Origin: Octopus bimaculoides
Taxonomy: Eukaryota
Length of the DNA stretch: 64,000 bases
Reading direction: 5' to 3'
NCBI RefSeq assembly: GCF_001194135.2
Contig: NC_068987.1
Span: 6,979,983 to 7,043,982, forward strand
This document shows, one piece after another, positions 55,101 to 64,000 of this stretch. The notes under the pieces are model-generated. The model was not told the DNA's origin, did no database searches, and saw nothing but the letters and a program-made list of their open reading frames with translations. The number at the start of each line of letters is the position of its first letter. Positions within the stretch are counted from its first letter, which is position 1. Both the position numbers and the translations under genes were made by a program.

Positions 55101-56089
55101 GGGTCAAGATGCAAAAGAATGCACAATCAATACAGAATTGGAAACGATTCTGATGGGTTTCTGTTCAAGATATAGAACCACTCCAGATTATAGAAATTGA
55201 CACTTTCCCATGATGGCGTATATTTATATTAAACCCAAGATTACGTGGTTACAAAGCACACTTCTAAACTATTTGGCCTGACAGCATGTATGAGATATAA
55301 CTTTAACATGTCTCAGAGAATCTTGTAAATGTCCAAGTCAAACTCAGTACATTTATCAAATTCTATGCCTTATATGTTAAAACCATCTTTGTAAGCATCA
55401 TCAATTAAGCGTTGAGTTAAAATGTCCGTTATTTAAAATGTGAAGTTATAATATTCTGAAGGCATCAAATTACTAGCCTACACTTCTGTAATAATCTTTT
55501 ACCAAGTTGCTTGCAATAACATTTTAAACCGTTATTTTTAACATTTAATATTCTTATATCCATTATTATTTCCACATTGAAAAATTTAGACTGTGTGCTC
55601 AAAATTTATGCTGATAATTATTGTTTAAATATACTAATGAGATGGAGGGAGAAGCATCGTAATTTTCATTCACTCTGCGCTTAGTATCTATTTATTAGCA
55701 GCTGGCTTTACATTATTTATTGACGATATGAAAAGAATATAAAGAAGTATATAATTTCATACCAGTCTATAAATTTATATATGTATGATGTTACAGCGAC
55801 AAAGGTTCTAACAAAGTAAGTATTAACTGAAGCAATAGTTTAGCATTAGTAATTCATTCTTGATCATATATAATGAATTAATGATTAACGTAACTGGTTT
55901 ATTCTTAAACTGCTCCGTTGTTTGTGATATAAGGTACGGTAATATGAATTGTTTAGCTATCCAACTTAATGTTCATTTGAAACGATCACACTGTCTACTT
56001 CACATATGCATGTACAGGAATATATCCAGCACCAAAGCACATCCACGCACATATACATGACTTTACATTTATGTTCCTCTAACAGGGCT

Positions 56090-56123
<34 letters not shown>

Positions 56124-57216
56124 NNNNNNNNNNNNNNNNNNNNNNNNNNNNNNNNNNNNNNNNNNNNNNNNNNNNNNNNNNNNNNNNNNNNNNNNNNNNN
56201 NNNNNNNNNNNNNNNNNNNNNNNNNNNNNNNNNNNNNNNNNNNNNNNNNNNNNNNNNNNNNNNNNNNNNNNNNNNNNNNNNNNNNNNNNNNNNNNNNNNN
56301 NNNNNNNNNNNNNNNNNNNNNNNNNNNNNNNNNNNNNNNNNNNNNNNNNNNNNNNNNNNNNNNNNNNNNNNNNNNNNNNNNNNNNNNNNNNNNNNNNNNN
56401 NNNNNNNNNNNNNNNNNNNNNNNNNNNNNNNNNNNNNNNNNNNNNNNNNNNNNNNNNNNNNNNNNNNNNNNNNNNNNNNNNNNNNNNNNNNNNNNNNNNN
56501 NNNNNNNNNNNNNNNNNNNNNNNNNNNNNNNNNNNNNNNNNNNNNNNNNNNNNNNNNNNNNNNNNNNNNNNNNNNNNNNNNNNNNNNNNNNNNNNNNNNN
56601 NNNNNNNNNNNNNNNNNNNNNNNNNNNNNNNNNNNNNNNNNNNNNNNNNNNNNNNNNNNNNNNNNNNNNNNNNNNNNNNNNNNNNNNNNNNNNNNNNNNN
56701 NNNNNNNNNNNNNNNNNNNNNNNNNNNNNNNNNNNNNNNNNNNNNNNNNNNNNNNNNNNNNNNNNNNNNNNNNNNNNNNNNNNNNNNNNNNNNNNNNNNN
56801 NNNNNNNNNNNNNNNNNNNNNNNNNNNNNNNNNNNNNNNNNNNNNNNNNNNNNNNNNNNNNNNNNNNNNNNNNNNNNNNNNNNNNNNNNNNNNNNNNNNN
56901 NNNNNNNNNNNNNNNNNNNNNNNNNNNNNNNNNNNNNNNNNNNNNNNNNNNNNNNNNNNNNNNNNNNNNNNNNNNNNNNNNNNNNNNNNNNNNNNNNNNN
57001 NNNNNTATATATATATATATATGTCTTTGTATGCTTGTATATTGGTACAAATGAATGTATATACTTACATATGTGTGTGCGCGTGTGTGTGTGTGTGTGT
57101 GTGTACGTATGTATGTTTATATATATGTGTTCCCTGTTGAATGTGCTTTTGCTTTTTATGTCAAATTTGGTAGGAGTGGGAGGGATTTCTGCTTGCAATT
57201 CCCAATTTTCTTTTAG

Positions 57217-57349
57217 TGACGGATTCCTGTTTATTGGAATCGATACATCGATCACGAAACATATCACTTCCTGTAGGCCCTTCAGAACACTTGTCACTTA
57301 GTCGATCATCGAGAGCGTTGCTGGCACATTTCTGTGCCGCATCTGTTCT
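57217..57349 (+). CDS. Candidate internal exon (TDSCLLESIHRSRNISLPVGPSEHLSLSRSSRALLAHFCAASV, phase 1 to 2)
   Basis: cccaattttcttttag acceptor, ct|gtatgt donor, GC-elevated 133 nt; minus-strand frames are also open. Confidence 0.35.
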
Positions 57350-58147
57350 GTATGTATTTCATAAAAATTGCATAGTTTCTAATTATTGGAAAGTGCAAAT
57401 GTTTTTTTCGTATGATTTCCCTGTATTTTATATTTGTTTCTTGCTCTGACAGTGTAACCAAGCGCAGGTCTGTGTAATTTTCTTTATGTGTGCACACTCT
57501 TTTAGCCTTGTCTTTCTAATCATCAACTTAATATATATTTAGTTATATTTTCCGTACGTTGTGTAAATTTGTAAGGCATGCGATTTTTATAATCAACTTA
57601 TCTGCATGCTTTTTCATCATTCCGAAGGCACCTCTTATAAAACGTTTTATTATACAATTATGAGAAATTTTATGTTTATTTAATAAATCGTATAATTATG
57701 TATTTCATTAACAGTGATATCTGTTACACGAAGAATTACCTCTTAAATAATGTACGTTATCCAATCATCAGAGGCTGCATAACAAACGTAAAATATTCTG
57801 CTGATTCCTCTTTCTTTATTTTTTATATTTAGTTCTTGTCTTTATTTCTTTTGTAGTCATGTTTTGACAGCTCGGCACATTCTTGAATTAAAACTATTTC
57901 ATTTCATTTACAAGTATATCAAATCGATCAGATCTAATTTTTCCCCTTCTATCAGTTGTCACATTTCACAGTATACACGCTTCGTCATTAATCCAGATCA
58001 CTCCCGGTGTATTTTGTAATCAACAATTATATGCGAGTTTCTACAGTATATTCGCATATATATTTGTATGCGTGTGTTTCTGTGTATGTACTTGTGTGTA
58101 GTGGTTGTGTCTATGTATATATACATCTACATATATGTATGCATGCA

Positions 58148-58270
<123 letters not shown>

Positions 58271-58439
58271 ATATTTATATATATATATATATGTGTGTGT
58301 ATGTATATATGTGTGTTTCCTTTAATATTATGCAAATTACCTTTTAAAACCGGTGACTTTCAAACTCTATAAACCAACACAATAGATAGATCAATATAGG
58401 CTAGTCATTTGCTGGCCTATGCACAATATAATTCTAAAG

Positions 58440-58539
58440 GAGAAATGAAGCGTCGGTGCATACTATCGCAGCACACCTTCGCGTGAATAATGATATAGAT
58501 TCTCTGCCATATGATGCAGCAAAATTTCAAGATACCTAA
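58440..58539 (+). CDS. Candidate terminal exon (RNEASVHTIAAHLRVNNDIDSLPYDAAKFQDT*, phase 2)
   Basis: Phase-compatible with 57217-57349; the frame opens exactly at the AG; acceptor only modest. Confidence 0.25.
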
Positions 58540-58883
58540 GAATATATGGGTCGAGAGTTCGAAGAAATATATATAAAATACTAGTTAATGAAACCATGAT
58601 CGTTACACGATTTCTAAATTACTGTCAAAGAGGAAAAGTGTAGTCATTAGAAATTATTTTAATAGATAAGATAAGAATAACTCATCGACTCAAAGCTATG
58701 ATTTGAAATATTAAGCTCTTGTTTAATAGGTTGCGGATGATCAAAGTATATGTATAATTTGTAGTTTAGTTTACGCTAGACATTATGCCGAAAGATATAA
58801 CGATCGCTTGGTCCGTAACTTCTCTCGCTCTGTGTCTGTCTGTCTGTCCTTCTGTCTCTCTCACTGTGTGCACATGTGTGTCA

Positions 58884-58943
<60 letters not shown>

Positions 58944-59202
58944 NNNNNNNNNNNNNNNNNNNNNNNNNNNNNNNNNNNNNNNNNNNNNNNNNNNNNNNNN
59001 NNNNNNNNNNNNNNNNNNNNNNNNNNNNNNNNNNNNNNNNNNNNNNNNNNNNNNNNNNNNNNNNNNNNNNNNNNNNNNNNNNNNNNNNNNNNNNNNNNNN
59101 NNNNNNNNNNNNNNNNNNNNNNNNNNNNNNNNNNNNNNNNNNNNNNNNNNNNNNNNNNNNNATATACCAACATTTCTGTATACTGAAATGCGTATCGCTT
59201 AT

Positions 59203-59585
59203 CTCTTACTTGTTTTAGTAATTGGAATACGACCATTTTGGGACACCAAATTGAAGGGTTTAGTAGAACAAATCGATCCCGGTACTTATCCTGTGAATTC
59301 TGGTACTTTTATTCTATCGGGTTCTTTCATCGAAACGCCAAGTTACGGTGGCGTAAAGAAACAAACACCGCTTTTCAAGATGTGGAGAGGAAACAAACAC
59401 AAACAGACGCACACGTATATACTTATGTCTACGGCGGCTGTCAACACAATTTCTCTTTATCAAATTTACTCACAAAACATTGGTAGGGCCAGGATTATAA
59501 TAAAATTCACTTGCCCGAGGTGCCACGCAAAGGACCTGAGCATATATCTACGAAGTTGCAAAGCGTACATTTTAACGACGCAACC
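59203..59585 (-). mobile_element. tRNA-derived SINE (49841 family), diverged
   Basis: Reverse complement of tail and body (cttgttttagtaattgg...; cttgcccgaggtgccacgca). Confidence 0.7.
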
Positions 59586-60208
59586 GTTGAAGTATAATAA
59601 GTTTAGAACAGAATGTGACTAGCACGAAACACCGGCATATATACGTATTTACACCCTTTTGTATGTATGAAACTATACATACACATATATACACGCACAC
59701 ACGCACACACTCACGCATACACACTTTTATGTATATGTGCATGTATGTATGTATGCATGTATATCTGCAAATTTATACCCATAGACCGACACAGATATCT
59801 ATATATATATGCGGGTATGCATGTATAGATTTGTGGGTTTGCGTGTTGATATCTTTATCTGTACTTACGCATATCTGTGTGTTTTCATGGTTATTTGAGT
59901 ATTCCCATAAATATTATATAATACAATAGTCAAAGCTACTAACCGTGTCATATAGCGTTTCTTCTTGAAATATTTCAGATATATAATTTATCTGAAACAT
60001 ATTATTGGTATTTACTGCAGCTTTTGTTCTGGCACAGATTTTAAGTAAGAAAGGAAACACACCTTATAGCTAGACGACCACATTAGCCTTGTAATCCTCC
60101 GTAGAAAGTGGTTATCAGAGCTAAACAGTTGAAAAACAAATTTATCACGAACTTATGATACTGTGAAAATATTTGTAGTAGAACAGCTTACATAACATTT
60201 ACACACAT

Positions 60209-60257
<49 letters not shown>

Positions 60258-60266
<9 letters not shown>

Positions 60267-60404
60267 TTACGTATATACCTACATACGTATATGCTCTCAC
60301 TCACACAGAGAAATTTATATAACCAATTCATAAATTGATGTACACTAGTGTATAATATAACACATAAAATATCTCAAAATGTAAACACACATACACACAC
60401 ACAA

Positions 60405-60438
<34 letters not shown>

Positions 60439-60560
60439 GCATTTATGTATATCCATGCATACGTATATGCTCTCACTCACAGAGAAATTTATATAACCAA
60501 TTCTTAAATTGATGTACACTAGTGTATAATATAATACATACAAAGATATTTCAAAATATA
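60258..60560. repeat. Tandem duplication, period ~176 bp
   Basis: catacgtatatgctctcactcac...gaaatttatataaccaattc...aaattgatgtacactagtgtataatataa occurs at ~60282 and ~60458. Confidence 0.9.
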
Positions 60561-61929
60561 ATAACAGTAAACGGACAACAGTATCAACTAACAATTGACT
60601 TCGTCACGTTAATATGAAGCAGTATATGTGTGTTTGCTTGCACATTTGTGTGTGTCTGTATTATTTTGCTAAAAATGGAGACAATCCCTAGTGTCAGAAT
60701 GCCATAAATTGCGATTCAAAATAATCGTCATTGCAACAATAAATTGATTAACCTCTTACCTGAGCCTATTACCGCATCGATCTGGTCTGTCTCTGAGGGT
60801 TGTGAAAGGTTACGAACACAGGTCTTTCCAGCAATCACACAACCACAGCAACAACCACAACAATATATAATATGCATATGGGAAGGAAATTCATGTACAA
60901 ATCAGCTGCTTTAAAAACCGCGATCATAGGTTTACTAAAAATACATACAATGTGCATCTATATTTACGTTTAGATTTAGATATTTCTGATACACAATCGT
61001 TACCGTATCTTGCTCTTGACAAGAAAACAAACAATATTTTACTGGAAGCTGAACACTACTCTAGATTTCTTTTTCCTGCTTTCATTTCTCATACTATTCT
61101 ATCGCAACAACTGCTAAGACCAGCCTGAATGATTGTTCTTTTTATATTAGACCTTCTCAAGTATTTTCAATGAGATTAAATGTAACATAAAAAGGAGTTC
61201 AGAGAGTGATAGTAAAACGCATACATCGCTAATGACAGAAATATATTCAGGTTTCGAAGTATAAATTTTGAATATTAATTCTAGAATTTTGAAGGAAAAA
61301 AACTGAAATAAAGAGGGAGCGTAAAAAAATATAACTACAAAATAAACAGAAAAGGGACAACAAAATTTAATATACATCATACTCTCCGCACATTCCATAT
61401 TTCTTAATTCTCCGATCTGTAGCAATTTAAATAAATCCATTTAAAAATTTAGAAAAAAATAATCACAGTACCAGATTTCTTGTTCTGGGGAACAACTTAT
61501 ATGGTGTATACACTTCATAATATTGCATTGAAATATTTTATCTTTCTATATATACGTTTAAATCAAAATATCTCTTATTTTACATACGTTTCAAGAAAAT
61601 CCGAAATTACATAGCTAAAAAATAAAGTACAAAATTAGTAGGATCTTTAAATTTCATCCGGTAGATTTTGAATTGTTGAAAATGATTAAGTCATTATGTA
61701 TTTGAATATATGGACACTAACATTCCTTCACTGGAGATATATATATAAACGGACAAATCTATATTCCACATAACTGGAAATAATAAAAGTGGAAAGCAAT
61801 GTCATTTATAGAATATAGAAACAGTAGTTAAATTTGTTTACAACGACTGAGGTTATAATGCTAACATAGGAACATTTCAATGCATCCTAAGAAGAATACA
61901 TCTAAAATTAATTTAATTTAAGGAAAACT

Positions 61930-62170
61930 AGCCAACGGAAACTGAAAGAAGCCATTCGTATATATGTATATGCGTATATCCACGTATATACGTCTTTTGT
62001 GGCTGTGTTTGATCCACCATAATCTCTTGAAAACGGGTGTTGTTGTGCTTACCTTCTCGTAATCTAGCGGATACCTATAGAATAAGTATCATGCTTTAAA
62101 AAAAGAAGTCATGGGGCCGATTTGTTCGATTAAAACCCTTCGACATTGTACCCCAGCATGGCCGCAGGTA
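61930..62170 (+). mobile_element. SINE (49841 family), 5'-truncated
   Basis: acggaaactgaaagaagcc...tagaataagtatc...ggggccgatttgttcga...ccccagcatggccgcag. Confidence 0.7.
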
Positions 62171-62267
62171 TTTACTCTTCTCGCTGTTCACCACCATCAT
62201 GTTGTATACACACCCGGCAATCACACACATACACACACAGAAGCACATGTATGTACATATATGCATA

Positions 62268-62313
<46 letters not shown>

Positions 62314-63744
62314 CACACACATGTGTATATGTATATACTTATTTGTACACACACACACACACGCATGTATGTATACCTCATACAGTAAAAAGGTAACAGT
62401 CAGCCTATGAATATTATACTTAGGAGGCATAAAACACTTGAATATATGTGTGTGTATGTGTGTATGTGTATGTGTGTGTGTGCGTGTGTTCATTTAATAC
62501 TTAATTATGAAGGAAAACCTATGCGGGCTTAGATGCTGAAATAAAATACCACTAATTTCAGTATCTAAATAAAGAATTTCAATAAGAATAACGGGTTCAT
62601 TACGACAACAAAAGTAAGAATTATATTCTAGGATAACGGAAAATAATATATTCGCGTGTTACGTACGCAGCTTACAAAAGATTGTTTTTATCTGAACGAA
62701 TAACATGTTTGCAAAGTTAATCTGTAGGGAATCTCATTTAAAATCTAGCTGCCAAATTTGAATTTCTTAATTATAAAATGTTTTGTTGCATATATGAATC
62801 TCTGGCTTATTTAACAAATGTTTAAGAATATGTCGAGCTTTAGTTTACAGGTCTTCCAAATATCACTTCCAATATTCATTAGAAAATAAATTTATGTAAA
62901 CAATTATTCACCTTCCAGTGCCGTGTAACTACAATGTCGTGCAGGGGCGAGTTGAACCAATGTAAGTACAGATTAAGGCTACTGTTTATAAATCATTATA
63001 GCGTATATTATGATGTGTGGACATAATTTACTATTGACACATTTGGGAAGGACGTACATTGAGGAAAATATATCCATAGGATACCAGTGGGTTTATGTAT
63101 ATCTAAATTTTAACTATTAACCATAATTTCAGTGCATGTTGCAAAATCTTTTTACTTTTAATCTAGGTCATTTCTTTTTAAGAAAAAATGTTCTTCTTTC
63201 TTTCTTAGCCATATAAAAATGAAAACTCATCTCCCAATGCCACTAATAATGAATTCTTTCAATGATAGAAAAAAGTCAACTTCTAAAATTCAGAAGATTT
63301 CCTGTAAAATTGGAGGTTTCTAAATATTTCCGACATCGTTCGCAGATTATGCTATACTTCTATCTTCGTTTATTACGGACGTTTGTTTAAAAGGACTCAC
63401 TGTGATAAATGAATCAATGTTAAATGAATGATAGAACGTAAGAAGATAGATTTTGCTCCGAGGCCCCTAAGCATTGTGGATGGTTGTTGGGGCAAGCTTT
63501 TGCGGTCCGTGCATCATCTTTGACTGATCACCGTATCGTGTTCTCACAGGTCAATTCCTGATAAGCGTAATACTGTTCATGAGCAGCGTGCCGGATCAGT
63601 GACAGAGGAAGATAGCTATATTGTGCTATGGATTACCACAACAGATTTTTAGCAAAGCAATCACAGTATTTATAAACATATGTAAATAGCATTGTCTTAA
63701 TTTAGAATATTTTTGCGGGTTATTTTTATTTGTCAAAACTCTGC

Positions 63745-63811
63745 ATGTATGTATGCATGTATGTATGTATGTATGTATGTATGTATGTATGTATGTATGT
63801 ATGTATGTATG

Positions 63812-63880
<69 letters not shown>
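63745..63880. repeat. (ATGT)n then (AT)n microsatellite
   Basis: Direct inspection. Confidence 0.95.
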
Positions 63881-63883
<3 letters not shown>

Positions 63884-64000
63884 AGTATGTATGTGTATGT
63901 GTTTGTGTGCGTGTGTGTGTGTTCGAGGATTTCGCATAACAGTACAGTGTGAGACCCATCTACATTTGAGAATTAATAATATAAATTATACAACCCATGT

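Noticed and set aside
60753-60870. Minus-strand cysteine-string-like CCGCCCGC frame ending at a strong cag|gtaaga donor
   Set aside because: The Cys run derives from a (GTT/GTG) low-complexity patch and the acceptor is poor.

Overview
AT-rich, microsatellite-saturated animal genomic DNA with about 20 N-gaps, most bordered by (TA)n or (CA)n. It is not prokaryotic: no operons, CRISPR arrays, rRNA or tRNA genes were seen. From recalled repeat consensus sequences (inference, no search run), the tRNA-derived SINEs and LINE remnants look like an octopus (coleoid cephalopod) draft assembly. Nearly all long ORFs in the track are artefacts of simple repeats or N-runs. The recognisable content is transposon debris: (i) at least 8 decayed R4/Dong-like (RT + restriction-like endonuclease) non-LTR fragments, almost all on the minus strand and sitting in (TAA)n tracts; (ii) two mariner derivatives; (iii) Penelope-like fragments with minimal hammerhead-ribozyme-like motifs; (iv) a fold-back element with ~150-bp inverted arms; (v) several SINEs. 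One plausible terminal coding exon (39696-39925, + strand, followed by AATAAA) and several weak micro-exon candidates suggest an unidentified, intron-rich host gene. The most interesting items are the U6-variant hammerhead motifs, an in-frame internally deleted Dong derivative between two TAA tracts, and a mariner built from two 5' ends. I see no convincing novel multi-gene system. Boundaries of decayed elements are approximate.
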